From Mobula hypostoma (taxonomy: Eukaryota): a DNA stretch of 64,000 bases. The translations under genes and the position numbers were made by a program. The notes below the pieces were generated by a model that ran no database searches, was not told the origin of the DNA, and worked only from the letters and a program-made list of their open reading frames with translations. Shown piece after piece: positions 35,396 through 49,019 of this stretch (the stretch's first letter is position 1; the number at the start of each line of letters is the position of its first letter). Location: assembly GCF_963921235.1 (NCBI RefSeq), contig NC_086097.1:117988001-118052000 (forward strand). Direction: 5' to 3'.

Positions 35396-36494
35396 TGTAT
35401 AGCAGCAGCCAATTCTAACAAACTAAATCTGCTGCTGCTGATGATGCACCCTTTGATCAATCCAATGATAATATTCTACAAAGTTGAAGGAATAGATTCA
35501 ATCTGTTATTAGCAAGTAGCAAAACATACAATATGGAAACGATGAAACTTAAGTGAGATTAACCGACGTTAAACACAAATTAAGCGTAACTAAGCGGCCA
35601 ACAAATGATATGACATCTATTGGTCCCCAGTTCCAAAATGCCCAGAACAAAGCATGAATACATAACTTATTCGCTTTGCTTTTCCACTCCCCCATTCACA
35701 AGACTAGTTACCATAATACACACAACAAACGTACAACACTGAATACAATGCAGATAGAAAACAGATACATTGCTCCTGCAAGTACTATCATCTATTTTCC
35801 CAACTCTTACCTGACATTTCCCAGGCTCTTTCTGGGATTTTATGCAAATAAATGCTTTCTATGATTGTTTCCTTTCCCACAATCTGCACTTGATCTCCCT
35901 ATCCATCCCTGTCCCAAGAGGAAATTGTAACTTTTGGGGGAGGCAACTACTTAACCCCATATGTGAAAAGGAAATTGTTCAATTTGATTTCACATTGTAT
36001 CATTATAACCTGAGAATAATAATCATTTTATCTCTGAAGAATGGGTCACTTTGAGTGCCCAGACATCTCTCAGATGCAAGTGTGGTCTGAGAACAGGCAC
36101 AACCTTGTGTTGTTTCTCTTCGAAGGCTTTATGCATTGCTCACTTCAGGTATTACATCATATCATCTTCACAACCACCAGAAATTATGCAGAGATGCTGC
36201 ATTCGATGGCTATAGGACCAAAGGGCACAGCCTCAGAATAGTCAGACATCCCTTTAGAACACAAATAAAGAGGAATATCTTTATCTGGAGGGTGGTAAAT
36301 CTGGGGAATTCTTGATTAGTTGGGGCACCAAAGGTTACAGAGAAGAGACTGGAGAATGAAGTTGAGAGGGATAATAAATCAGCCATGTTGAAATGGAAGA
36401 GCTAACTCGTTGGGCCAAATGGCCTGATTCTGCTCCTATGTCAATGGTCTTATATAATCTAATTGGTGACAAGATGAAAGACAGTCAACATTCG

Positions 36495-37079
36495 CAGCCC
36501 TCTGGTGAAAAAAAATGATATCGTATCTGTTAAATAGGGGCTGTGGACAATTCTGATTTGATGGAGAATGGACGTGAAAGCACAGAGGAACATCTGGAGA
36601 AATTTCTGAAACGTCCGTTTGCTGCTGTCGTTACTGTGCGGTCGGGAATCTTTCGGAGGGTAGGCCTCAAAATCCCTGGCCTTGCCTGCTTTTGGCGACC
36701 GAGAAGGAGGTCGAATCGTTCGGACAGAGGTGGTGCTCAGTACTTGGTGTCGGAGAGCTGAACAGAGCTCGAAGTTTTCCGATGACTCAGAGTCGGATTG
36801 TGGTCGGCATGGCAGAGAGAGTTTTTCTTCCTTCTCCCGTCTGCGAGAGATGTGGGACATTTGAGAAACTTTGAACTTTACTGTGCTCATGGACTTCTTC
36901 ATCAAGTTATGGTATTGTGCACTGTTTGTAACTATATGTTATAATTATGTGGTTTTGTCAGTTTTTCAGTCTTGGTCTGTCCTGTGTTTTGTGATATCAC
37001 ACCGGAGGAAATAATGTATCATTTCTTAATGCATGCATTACTAAATGACAATAAAAGACGACTACATGTCTTCATAATC
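36495..37079 (+). mobile_element. SINE-like retroposon, copy 2
   Basis: Homologous to 8471-9090. Ends gacaataaaagacgactacatgtcttcataatc. Confidence 0.85.
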
Positions 37080-38382
37080 GTTATGGATTAATTTTCATTA
37101 CCATCACTAAGGAAGGTGATTCTTAATCAAAATTGGACACAGTGGGAGGTCCTCTGCTCCAAGGGGTGAGTGAATAATGGGTAAGGTTCCAGCAGGCCAA
37201 CTTTTCTCTGCCTACTTCCTTATATTTACAGTTACTTACCCATCCCACCAAACTGTTATTGATCCCTATCCATTATGTAGAATGAATCAAATATTCATGT
37301 TAAGAGTTAACTTCCTGTAAACAGAACCACTTCCCATAGTTCTGAACCATTCACAGACTTGTGCATTATATGTGTACTATTTCAGTTCTTGATTAGTCAG
37401 GGTGTCAGATGTTGCAAGGAGAAAGCAGGAGGATGGGGTTGAGAGGGATAATGAATCAGCCATTATGGAATAGCAGAGCAGATTCAATGGGCCGAATCTT
37501 ATGGTGTTATTTGAAGTACAAATCCCACTACAACAAATAAAGATACGTCCTCCCATGTACAGGTAATCAAGTTGTGATTTACTTAATAAAACAATATCGA
37601 AGATGTTTTTTGCACGTTCGTTGTTTGTTACGCTTTATGTACAGCCTTTTTATAAATTCTATTGCATTTCTTAATTTTCCTGTAAATGTCTCTAGGCAAA
37701 TATATCTCAGGGTAGTATATGGTAACATATATGCATTTGATAATAAGTTTCACTTTGATTTTGACTTTTACATTGATAGATATCATCCAGACAAAGAGAG
37801 CTGGGCTTGAAGGACATGGCTGGTGCTTAATTCTCATTTGTTCATTACTGGGGATGGAAAGTGTGCAATTTCATGAATGATCAAAGGAAAGCTGGAATTA
37901 CAGTTGTTAATGCTTAGCACAGCTTCACTTTAAAAGTAAAACCTCTTAGCCACAAAGATATAGAGGGGGAGACTTGGTCAGTAAGCAGAAGTCGTGCTTC
38001 ATTATTTTGTCAGTTGATTGATTCTGAGGTTGGTTCATGAGGCTCAGTTCAGAGTATGGGCAATGGGGAAAGGGGGAGGTTTGTAGAGAATCGATCACAA
38101 TTGTAATCTGCTACATTAAAATGGTAATAATCTTTTAACTGAGGTTAAAGTAGATCAGTTGAGAGTAAGGAACTCCGGCCTCTTGTCTTGTATTAAATCC
38201 CCAGCTTAGACTCTTGCATAACTGGAGGAAGTTCAATCCCTAGCCAGTTGCAAACATTATAGACTGAGGAGAAACACCAGCCCTACAGTCGCAAACTGAG
38301 ATTCAGAAGTTTTTCTTAGAATTTTACATCATATTTTAATTAATTTTTAGAATATGATTTATTAAGTGAATTAGATTATCAG

Positions 38383-39060
38383 ATTGGATTATGAGGACAC
38401 GCGGTCTTCTTTTATTGTCATTTAGTAATACATGCATTAAGAAATTGTACAATATTCCTCCGGTGTGATATCACAGAAACACAGGACAGATCAAGACTGA
38501 AAAACTGACAAAAACCACGTAATTATAACATAAAGTTACAACAGTGCAAGCAATACCGTAACTTGATGAAGAACAGGCCAAGGGCACGGTAAAAAAAGTT
38601 CGAAGTCTCTCAAAAGTCCCACATCTCACGCAGACAGGAGAAGGAAGAAAACTCTCCCTGCCATGCTTCCAGCACTGCAAACTTGCCGATGTAGCATCCT
38701 GGAAGCACCCAACCACAGTCCGACTCTGAGTCATCCGAAAACTTCGAGCCTCTAACCAGCCCTCCGACACCAAGCACCGAGCACCATCTCTGCCGAGCGC
38801 TTCGACCCCAACTCCAGCCGCCAGCAGCAGGCAAAGCCGAAGATTTGGGGCCTTCCCTCTGGAGATTCTGGATCGCACAGTAACAGCAGCAGCAAACCGG
38901 GCATTTCAGAAGTTTCTCTAGCTGTTCCTCTGCACTTCTCACGGCTGTCTCCATCAAATCAGAATTGTGCACGGTACCCTATTTAACAAATACGATATCA
39001 TTTCACCTGAGAGGCTGCGCATGCTGCGTTGCGCCACCATCTTCTCCTCCTGCCATCTTC
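38383..39060 (-). mobile_element. SINE-like retroposon, copy 3 (extra internal hairpin)
   Basis: Homologous to copies 1 and 2, with an added tgcttccag...ctggaagca segment at ~38664-38707. Confidence 0.85.
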
Positions 39061-39136
39061 TCATCTATTTCCTCCTGAAATAACAATTTCAATGTTATCT
39101 GACCAGCAGTGACATTTAGAAACAGCTCAAAGGTCC

Positions 39137-39412
39137 TAGATAGATAGATAGACATACTTTATTGATCCCGAGGGAAATTGGGTTTCGTTACAGTTGCACC
39201 AACCAAGAACAGAGTACAAACATAGCAATACAAAACCACAAACAATCAATTAATAATATGTAAACCATGCCAGACGTAAATAAGTCCAGGACCAGCCCAT
39301 TGGCCCAGGGTGTCCAACCCTCCAAGAGAGGAGCTACAAAGTTTGATAGCCACGGGCAGGAATAACTTACCATGACGCTTAGTGCTGCATCCCGGTGGAA
39401 TGAGTCTCTAAC
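39137..39412 (-). mobile_element. Rex1/Babar 3' end
   Basis: catactttattgatcccgagggaaattg, homologous to 12899-13150. (taga)n tail. Confidence 0.8.
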
Positions 39413-39996
39413 TGGATGGCAACAAGCCGTCAAAAAAAGGCATCAGGCTGAGCTGGATCAGGATTGCAAGATCCAAGTATGATGGCTTAGTTGTAATTCA
39501 TTAACCACTCTGTCTCAAGGACAATTGGAAACGTAACTGCTAAAGACATGGGGAAAGCATGGTGTGAGTAGTTGTGGTAGTGAGGTCACTCGAGTCAAGT
39601 ATGATGTTCTATGTTGGTGGGTCCTCAGGTGGCTGTAGAGAGCAGTTCAGGATCCACATTTTCTGCTGCAGTGTGGGCAGAAGTATGTGGTGGCTATGGT
39701 GAAGATGATCTATCATTTGTTGAAATTAATTTGAGATGTGTTGGCCATCATGTCCACATAAATAATTGGAAAATGGTAAATCTTTCAGAAAAGGATAAGA
39801 TATAGCTAATTCTAATAACCTAAATGGCAAAATGTTCTTCTTTTTCTAAAGTGGATTGAAGAATAAACAGGGATAAAAATGATTGTTGCAATGACATTGA
39901 GCTTTGGCGAGGCAATTGCTTGACCAATGAGTAAAGCGACTGATTTGATTGAAGAATACATTTGCCTCCATAGAGATAGGGTGGAAACGGAGATTC

Positions 39997-40488
39997 TGTC
40001 ATAACGGGAGCGCGCTGGTAATGGACCCCAATGCAAGACACAGACACTGAAGTGCTAGGAACAGGGCTAGGAGTGTCAGGGAAGCAAGGGAAGTGGGGAA
40101 GAAATAACACTGGACAAGACACAGGCCCTGGACGAGGCTAGGATACAGGGCCTGGGCTAGAACTAGACTAGGAAAGCGGGACCTGGACGAGGAACTGGGA
40201 ACTCAGAACCTGGAGAAGGATTCCGAGCCAGATACCGGACAGGGACCCGGAACCTGGGTCTTGACTCGGGCTCAGACCCCGGACCTAGGTGAGGCTTCAG
40301 GCAAAGGTAGCAGACGAGGCTTCAGAAGGAAGGGGAAGGGGAGGAAACAGTCCAGCCACTGAAGCTGAACCCAGAAGCTATTTGTGTAGCCAGCCCAAAA
40401 TGGGAATCATGCGCCTCAATTAAGGCATACAACAGGAGAAGGGAAAACTGGAAAACCTGGAATAAGGAACATGGACCGGACCATGACA
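39997..40488 (-). mobile_element. Solo LTR (Gypsy-type)
   Basis: TGTCAT...ATGACA termini with a perfect 5-bp TSD GATTC (39992-39996 and 40489-40493). Internal short repeats. Confidence 0.85.
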
Positions 40489-40579
40489 GATTCATTTCAG
40501 ATGGCCAGACTTGATTTCATCAAGTGGTACTCTGATTTAGTTTAAATTCCTATTTTTTTTTTCTATTCTGTCAAATTGG

Positions 40580-41095
40580 ACTGCATAGTTGTGTCGTGGT
40601 TAGCATAATGCTCTTACAATGACAGCGATCTGGGTTAAATTCTGCCACTACCTGTAAAGAATTTGTGTTTTCTCCCCCGTGATGGTGTGGGTTTCCTCTA
40701 CATCCTCCAGTTTCCTCCCACGCTCCACCTGTAGATATTATGGATAGTGGTGAGGGATGTGCCCACGACGTATTGAGCAGAGTCCGCTACGCTCTACAAC
40801 CTCTTATGTTCCTATGCATTTGAATTGTCATTCCAGACCATGATACACACATTCAGGATATTTCCAACAATTGGAAACAATTCAAGCAACGGTAATTGGG
40901 CAGCACAGTAGCATAGCGGTCAGCATGACACATTACAGTGCCAATGGCACTCTGTCTGTGAGGAGTTTGTATGTTGTCCCTGCGATGGTGTGGGTTTACT
41001 CTGAGAGCTCCACTCTTCTCCCACATCAATTAGGTCTAGGAGCTCATTGGGGCAGAAAGGCTGTAACTATGCTGTATCTCTAAATAAAAATAATA
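40580..41095 (+). mobile_element. Two V-SINE/HE1-like SINE remnants
   Basis: ttctcccccgtgatggtgtgggtttcctc...tttcctcccac at ~40670 and ggagtttgtatgttgtccctgcgatggtgtggg at ~40960. Confidence 0.65.
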
Positions 41096-41569
41096 CAAAA
41101 ATCTCCCATTGGGTTGTTTACTGGGACATTGAAATCCACTATATCAGTTGTGATGTTCAGTTTCTGATCTAAGCAGTTATGTCAGACCACTCCGCATGTA
41201 CAATGTATGCAACGTAGATAATTATGTGTGTTTGTAATTATAGCTGGCATCAGTTATAAGCGGTAAATTACTTGGAGCACTCAGCTCAATATTTTAGTTG
41301 CATTTTATGTTTAAAGACCATTATTGCTAGATGGAACACGATCATGGCATTTTGCAGAATTGGTACATTATTACAAAGATAAAAACTTCTCTGTCCCTGT
41401 GACATATGCAGGCTGAAAATACTTCCAGGAAATGTAGCACTGAATACTTTTTTTCATCAATTCCAGAAAATGATAGTTAAATTCTGGGGCTTAAAGACCT
41501 CTACTGCACTAAATGGTCAGTGTTAACTTCACAGAAAAACAAAGAACTACACTTGCACATCCTACAAAT

Positions 41570-42703
41570 ATAGAAACATAGAAACATAGAAAATAGGTGC
41601 AGGAGTAGGCCATTCGGCCCTTCGAGCCTGCACCGCCATTCATTATGATCATGGCTGATCATCCAACTCAGAACCCAGCCTTCCCTCCATACCCCCTGAC
41701 CCCTGTAGCCACAAGGGCCATATCTAACTTCCTTTTAAACATAGCTAATGAACTGGCCTCAACAGTTTGCTGTGGCAGAGAATTCCACAGATTCACCACT
41801 CTCTGTGTGAAGAAGTTTTTCCTAATCTCGGTCCTAAAAGGCTTCCCCTCTATCCTCAAACTGTGACCCCTCGTTCTGGACCTCCCCAACATCGGGAACA
41901 ATCTTCCCGCATCTAGCCTGTCCAATCCCTTTAGGATCTTATACGTTTCAATCAGATCCCCCCTCAATCTTCTAAATTCCAATGAGTACAAGCCCAGTTC
42001 ATCCAGTCTTTCTTCATATGAAAGACCTGCCATCCCAGGAATCAATCTGGTGAACCTTCTTTGTACTCCCTCTATGGCAAAGATGTCTTTCCTCAGATTA
42101 GGGGACCAAAACTGCACACAATACTCCAGGTGTGGTCTCACCAAGGCCTTGTACAACTGCAGTAGTACCTCCCTGCTCCTGTACTCGAATCCTCTCGCTA
42201 TAAATGCCAGCATACCGTTCGCCTTTTTCACCGCCTGCTGTACCTGCATGCCCACTTTCAATGACTGGTGTATAATGACACCCAGGTCTCGTTGCACCTC
42301 CCCTTTTCCTAATCGGCCACCATTCAGATAATAATCTGTTTTCCTATTTTTGCCACCAAAGTGGATAACTTCACATTTATCCACATTAAATTGCATCTGC
42401 CATGAGTTTGCCCACTCACCCAACCTATCCAAGTCACCCTGCATCCTCTTAGCATCCTCCTCACTGCTAACACTGCCACCCAGCTTCGTGTCATCCGCAA
42501 ACTTGGAGATGCTGCATTTAATTCCCTCATCCAAGTCATTCATATATATTGTAAACAACTGGGGTCCCAGCACTGAGCCTTGCGGTACCCCACTAGTCAC
42601 CGCCTGCCATTCTGAAAAGGTCCCGTTTATTCCCACTCTTTGCTTCCTGTCTGCTAACCAATTCTCCACCCACAACAATACCTTACCCCCAATACCGTGT
42701 GCT
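41570..42703 (-). mobile_element. Young CR1 LINE, 5'-truncated, uninterrupted RT C-terminal ORF (41668..42678)
   Basis: 336-aa open frame with VTSGVPQGSVLGP, SKFADDTK and LVRPHLEYCVQFWSP. (tagaaaca)n tail. Confidence 0.95.
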
Positions 42704-42849
42704 ATAATAACAGATAATACCTAGAAATGGACTCATAAGTTCAGGAAAAATTTATTTTTCCAAAGATGCTGTCTGACCTGTTGACTGTTTCCATTGTTGA
42801 CTTCACCTCCCTCACTCTACAAAGGATTAATATCTTGATCATAATAGAA

Positions 42850-43372
42850 TCAGCGGCCACTTCATTTGTACGCCTGCTCATTAATGGAAATATCCAATCA
42901 GCAACCATATAGCAGCAACTCAATGCATAAAAGCATGCAGGCATGGTCAAGAGGTTCAGTTGTTATTCAAAGCAAACATCAGAATAGAAAAGGAATGTGA
43001 TCATAGAACGATTGTTGGTGCTAGATGGGGTGGTTTCAGTATCTCGGAAACTGTTGATCTCCTGGAATTTTCACACACAGTGTCTAGAGTTTACAGAGAA
43101 TGGTGTGTAAAAAAAATCTGGTGTGTTGCAGTCCTATGGGTGAAAAACTTTGTTAATGAGGAGGATGACCATAGTTCAAGGTGACAGGAAAGTGACAGGA
43201 ACTCAAATAAACATGTGTTACCACAGTGGGATGCAGAATAGCATCGCTGAAAGCACAACATGTCGAACCTCGAAATGGATGGGCTACAACAGAAGAAGAG
43301 ACCACGAACGTATAATTAGAGGCCACTTTATTAGGTACCTTATATACCTAATAGAGTAGCCATTGATTGTAT
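42850..43372 (+). mobile_element. Non-autonomous Tc1-like element, copy 4
   Basis: IVGARWGGFSISETVDLLEFSH remnant. End ggccactttattaggtac...tacctaatagagtagccattgattgta. Confidence 0.75.
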
Positions 43373-44279
43373 GTGCGATCAAAGAGTAATGAGTGATCTG
43401 AAATTAATCATTTTCATCACCGAATCTGGAATGCTGGTGTTGTTGCCTTGTGCTGGAGACAAGAACTGAAGGGAAAGATGTCTTTGAAGATGAAAGCATT
43501 TAAATGTTACTGAAGTGCAAAAAACCGAGAAAGGGTATTCTTTTGTCATGCTGCAGTCGAATCCACAAAGGAAGCAGTCAAAAGGGCATGGCAACAGGGG
43601 GCAAAGTTTATTCATGTGAGTGGTTCAGTTCAGATCTTGGCTACAGTGCTGATAAAGGTTGAATAATCATATCGAAAGAGATTGTTTTTAGCCTACACTT
43701 AGTACAGTATGGTGAGATTTAGCAGATTTTTCCCATTAAGTTATTTCGTATTCCTAATCATATAATGTGGGGACAATGCACTCCTTGCCCCTTTCAATGG
43801 GGTCTTTCTTTATCACACAGATCCAAGCAATACACTTGGACTTTGTAATCTGTTGCATATGATCTGCAGTTTGAGGCACTGATGCATTGTAGCACCACGT
43901 CCCCAATACATTGCATTCTCAACCTTTTTGTTAATGAGCATCATCCAAGATGTGAAGAGTCCAATATGCCTCTAGCTACCTGCCACTTTCTTCATCACGT
44001 GTAGGCACAGATGGCCAAATTCCCTCCGAACAACCCACCTGCATGCTCCAGGCATCTTCCATTGCAATCCTCTTGATGGTTACGTTAACCTTTGGGTGAA
44101 AGCAGATTTTTAGAAGTAAAATAACTGAATACAAAGAAATGGGCAAGGAAATAAAATACTAACGATATTTTGTTTCACCTTTTAAAGTAGGGAAATACCG
44201 ACATGCAAGAGAATTATATTCTTTTGAGGGAACTGAAACTTCAAACATGAGATCATATGTTGGTATGTACAATATAAGA

Positions 44280-45213
44280 GTTGAGAAGCACTCTCCAGGG
44301 TTCTGAAAAATGTAGCTGAAGAGATTGGTAATGATTAGTAGAGGTATTAATAGTGAACTTTCAAGAGAGACTGAATCCTAGATTGGTTCTGAAGGGCTCC
44401 GAAGGGAGGAAGGCAAAAGAAAGGAAATTATAAGCCAGCTAGCCTGAATTCAGTGGTTGCGAATATCCTGGAATTCATTATTAAGGATGAGTTTTCAGGT
44501 ACTTAGAGGTGCACGATAGAATAGGTCAAAGTCAGCATGTTTTCCTTAAGGGAAAATCATGCCTGACAGATCTGTTAGAATTCTTTGAGGAAATAACAGG
44601 TAGGATAGACAAATGAGAGTCAATGGATGTTGTTTACTTGGTTTTTCAGAAGGCTTTGGACAAACAGTTGCATGTGAGCTGCTTAACAAGATAAGAGCCC
44701 TTGGTGTTGCAGGGAAGATACCAGCATGGATAAAGGGTTAGCCGACTGGCAGGAGGCAAAGAACAGGAATAAGGAAGCTTCTTCTGGATTGGTTGTTATT
44801 GACAAGTGGTGCTCAACAGGACTTTGTGTTGGGACCACGTTTTTCATGTTATTTGTCAATGATTTGGATGATGGAATTGATGGCTTTGTGGCCAGGTTTG
44901 TGGAAGATGCAAAGATAGGAGGAAGGGCAGGTAATTTTGAGGAGGCAGGGAGTTTGCAGAAGGATTTAGACAGATTGAGAGAATGGGCAGTGAATTGTAA
45001 GAATAAATTGTAACATTCATTCATTCATTGTAATTGAAAAAATTCAAAAATCAGAGTGGAAAGGGACTTGAGAGTCCTACTGCAGGATTCTCTAAAGGTT
45101 AACTTGCAGGTTGAGGTCAATATTAAAGCAAGCAAATGCAATATTAGCGCTCATTTCAAGAGAACTACAATATGAGTGCAAGGATGTAATGCTGAAGCTT
45201 CATAAGGAATTGA
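44280..45213 (+). mobile_element. Older CR1 RT fragment
   Basis: FVNDLDDGIDGFVARFVEDAKIGG...LQKDLDRLREWA. Confidence 0.8.
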
Positions 45214-45439
45214 TGTCAGGTCTGTACAGGCAGGCATCTCTCAGCCTCCACCCAACTAACAGGAAGCATCGGTCATCTATTTCCAACCTATCACATGCAG
45301 CATATTTAATCCTGTTCTCTCTTGTTTTGTGGCCCCTCATGGCTAGTTATTTCCCAATTTAATATTAAAGTTATCGCTTACCACTAAATCATCTTTGTTG
45401 CTCTGCCTTTGGGTCATGCCTCCTCTACTTTTCCTGACA
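45214..45439 (+). mobile_element. Short LTR-like element
   Basis: TGTCAGG...CCTGACA 7-bp terminal inverted repeat, with attaaa and ctgcctttgggtc near the 3' end as in fish Gypsy LTRs. No TSD seen. Confidence 0.55.
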
Positions 45440-47034
45440 CAATAGGTGATTCATTAAACAGAGTTTGCTCATCTAAAGGAAGTCACCCACCAACATGAGG
45501 ACAAGATCTCGTAGCAGCGGGACACTATTGGCTATATGTTTGCTATTCTCAACCAACACTCCATCTTGTTACAGCAAAACTGAGGCAATCAACCTCTTCC
45601 TTGCACTCCCGGATTCCCAGCCGAATGGTGGAGGAGATTTCATTGCTAATCCGAACTGATTGGGATCTGTATATGAGGAGATCGAGGATCCAATTGCACA
45701 AGGAAGTTGTGCAGCTAGATCTGAAGCTTATTGATTAGTTTTGACAGAGTGGTAGTATTGAATGCCGAGCTGCAGTCGCTAAAGAGCATCTTGAGGTTTG
45801 AGGGTTGAGTGAAGAGCCAAAGAAATGGCATCGCCTGTGGACCTGTTACACCAGTAGAAACATTGGAGCGGATCAAAGTTGCTTCTCAGGCAGGAGCTTC
45901 ATCAACAACCTCTCAAAACACTTGGTGGTCACCTCAGATTGCCAAGGTGAGAGGGTAGAGATACTGGTGAACATACCAGACAGTTGGACGTGTGACAACA
46001 CTTGTGGGCTGCCCACAGCACATCCTCAGAATGAGTTGGTTATTGATGCAAAGGACAGATTTCCCTGTGTCTTCCGATGATTGCTGTCGATGTGACAAAT
46101 AAAGACAATCTCTTTACCTTCCAGTGCCTGCAGGAAATAACTGGGACATTATGCAGCAATAGGGCCAGGCATATCTTTCACGACACCAGGGACAGGCTGA
46201 CCCTCAGCACATAACAACATTTGTTTGCATGTACTGTGGTTGCAATCAAACATGAAGTTGGTTGGCACGATGAGAGCAACGTCAGGCATGCTCGTGCCAC
46301 TTTTATCCAAGAATTGTGCTTTGTAATTTTCTGACCCATTTCACTTTGGATCTCCAGTTGAGCTGGAAGATTGCTGCCAAGAAGGAGATATGGGGAATAG
46401 TGCAGCAGCATCAAGAGCACCTTGCATCTGAAGACCAGGTTCCTACCAGTTATTGAGAAGGAAGCACCACCAGCACAGTCCAAATATCTTTTAACCTTGT
46501 CTGCCCACTCCAGACAGTCAACTTTTGTTCATACATCTGTTGCTCCAAAACGTGTTCTGAGCAAGTTCAGACAGTCAGACTTGATTGTGAAGCAGGTGGA
46601 GGACTGGTCTGGGCAGCCTTGCCCTTCCTGTGGGTGAGTAATCCCTGACGCGAACTCAGGCTGGTTGCAGGTATTGATCAATCTGTAGATGAACCATTGA
46701 CTTGGCCAGAGTTTGTGATGTTGTCTATTTATAAAATCCATGATCTTAATGCCCTCACTTCATACAGTCAAAGAACGTCACAGCACGGAAACAGGCTCTA
46801 GCTCATCTAATCATTGCCAAACTGTTACTCTGCCTAGACCCACCGACCTGCTACCGGACCATAGCCCTCCATACCCCTCCTATACATGTACCTGTCCAAA
46901 CTTCTCTTGAATGTTGAGCAAACAATCCCATATCCATCTCTTCCACTGGCAGCTTGTTCCACACTTGCACAACCCTCTCAGTGAACAAGTTTCCTCTCAG
47001 GTTTCCCTTAAATATTTTACTTTGTACCTGTAAC

Positions 47035-47245
47035 TACAGTACCATGCAAAAGTCTTAAGTACATATACTGTGCTCTTGAAAAGTATTCACCCCCTTTGAA
47101 GTTTTCAAGTTTTATTATTTTATATCATTGAATCGCAGTGGATTTAATTTGGCTTATTTTTGACACTGGTCAACAGGAGAAGATTCTTTCATATCAAAGT
47201 GAAAACAGATCTCTACAAAGTGATCTAATTTACGTACTAAATTCA
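47035..47245 (+). mobile_element. Tc1-family terminal fragments
   Basis: tacagtaccatgcaaaagtctt and gtgctcttgaaaagtattcacccccttt resemble Tc1 TIRs. Confidence 0.55.
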
Positions 47246-47446
47246 TGTTCTTTTGAAAATGATAAAACTCTTAACACCTTCCCTGTAACTGAATTTATTC
47301 TATTATTTCATTATTTTCCTCTTTACATACAACCAAAGAGAGCATCGACCCCTCATTTTACGAAGACACCAGCAAAGTATACATTTAAAACCTTATTTAT
47401 ATACTGTACTTACCTATCATTCAAAGACCAAGGGTTATCTTCATCG

Positions 47447-48192
47447 TTTAGGAAAAGGGGAGGTGCAACGAGACCTGGGTGTCATTATACACCAGTCATT
47501 GAAAGTGGGCATGCAGGTACAGCAGGTGGTGAAAAAGGCGAATGGTATGCTGGCATTTATAGCGAGAGGATTCGAGTACAGGAGCAGGGAGGTACTACTG
47601 CAGTTGTACAAGGCCTTGGTGAGACCACACCTGGAGTATTGTGTGCAGTCTTGGTCCCCTAATCTGAGGAAAGACATCCTTGCCATAGAGGGAGTACAAA
47701 GAAGGTTCACCAGATTGATTCCTGGGATGGCAGGATTTTCATATGAAGAAAGACTGGATGAACTGGGCTTGTACTCATTGGAATTTAGAAGATTGAGGGG
47801 GGATCTGATTGAAATGTATAAAATCCTAAAGGGATTGGACAGGCTAGATGCAGGAAGATTGTTCCCGATGTTGGGGAAGACCAGAACAAGGGGTCACAGT
47901 TTGAGGATAAAGGGGAAGCCTTTTAGGACCAAGATTAGGAAAAACTTCTTCACACAGAGAGTGGTGAATCTGTGGAATTCTCTGCCACAGGAAACAGTTG
48001 AGGCCAGTTCATTGGCTATATTTAAGAGGGAGTTAGATATGGCCCTTGTGGCTACGGGGATCAGGGGGTATGGAGGGAAGGCTGGGGCAGGGTTCTGAGT
48101 TGCATGATCAGCCATGATCATAATAAATGGCGGTGTAGGCTCGAAGGGCCGAATGGCCTACTCCTGCACCTATTTTCTATGTTTCTATGTTT
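47447..48192 (+). mobile_element. Young CR1 3' portion
   Basis: ORF 47463..48098 is nearly identical to the C-terminal 211 aa of 41668..42678. Confidence 0.95.
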
Positions 48193-49019
48193 CCAGAGTC
48201 CTTCCACAGTTATACTCCTGTACTTTATCACCTTGGGATTTTCTTTGGATTTTCTTTGCCAGTATTTCATTCCTTTCCAAATAAAATTGCATTGTGTATC
48301 TGATAACAGTTTTCAATTACTTCCCAATTACCAATTGTTCACTGGTTTATCTCCATCCCCTTTTGTTTGAATTGTATTAAAACATCAGCAATCTCCTAGC
48401 CCTCCAACACAACATCAGTATTCAATGGGGATCTACAGATTCTGAACAACATTTCTATTTCTTCCTCCAACTACAGTGGAGAATATTTTCCATCCATTGC
48501 AAACAACTCACTATATTTTAGGAGGATGACATATCATTTCAACTGTTCTCAGCAATGAAAAAAAAGATTAAGCACCAGCCAAAATCTACTTAGTTCACCA
48601 TTTACATTCATGGTGGTTGTATGCTACCATAATAACGCGGGTGTCAACTAGTCACCATAATAAATCTCTAGAAAATGCTTCTCAAATATACTGGGAAAAA
48701 CAGTATAAACAGTCGTATTTATAGTATGGAAATGAGGGAAATATTGTCTATCACAATCTGTTACACTCTGTAAATAAGGAACACTTGCTGACTTTACCTT
48801 ATAGGTATATATTCCTCTCTATTTGGTTCTCTCCCTTGTTCTGGTTCATACATTCATGAGTACTGGGAGGAGAGCAATTGAGTTGCCTTGCTAAATATAT
48901 GGCAGCACCTGAAATCAGGATTTAACCTGGATCACTAGAGTTGTGAGGAAGCAGATCTACTAGCTCTGCCTCTGTTTTCATAATTCGATTAAAATTTGTT
49001 ATGAACTACCTACTTATAC

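Noticed and set aside
36459..36905. 148-aa and similar ORFs in the SINE-like repeat
   Set aside because: Frames are not conserved among the three copies; incidental ORFs in GC-richer repeat sequence.
40120..40330. Short GC-rich quasi-repeats resembling an array
   Set aside because: Irregular internal repeats of the solo LTR; no constant repeat with unique spacers, and the context is eukaryotic, so not CRISPR.
46180..46640. ORF 46422..46637 ending at a gtgagt donor-like site
   Set aside because: No convincing acceptor, an in-frame stop just upstream, and no recognisable homology.
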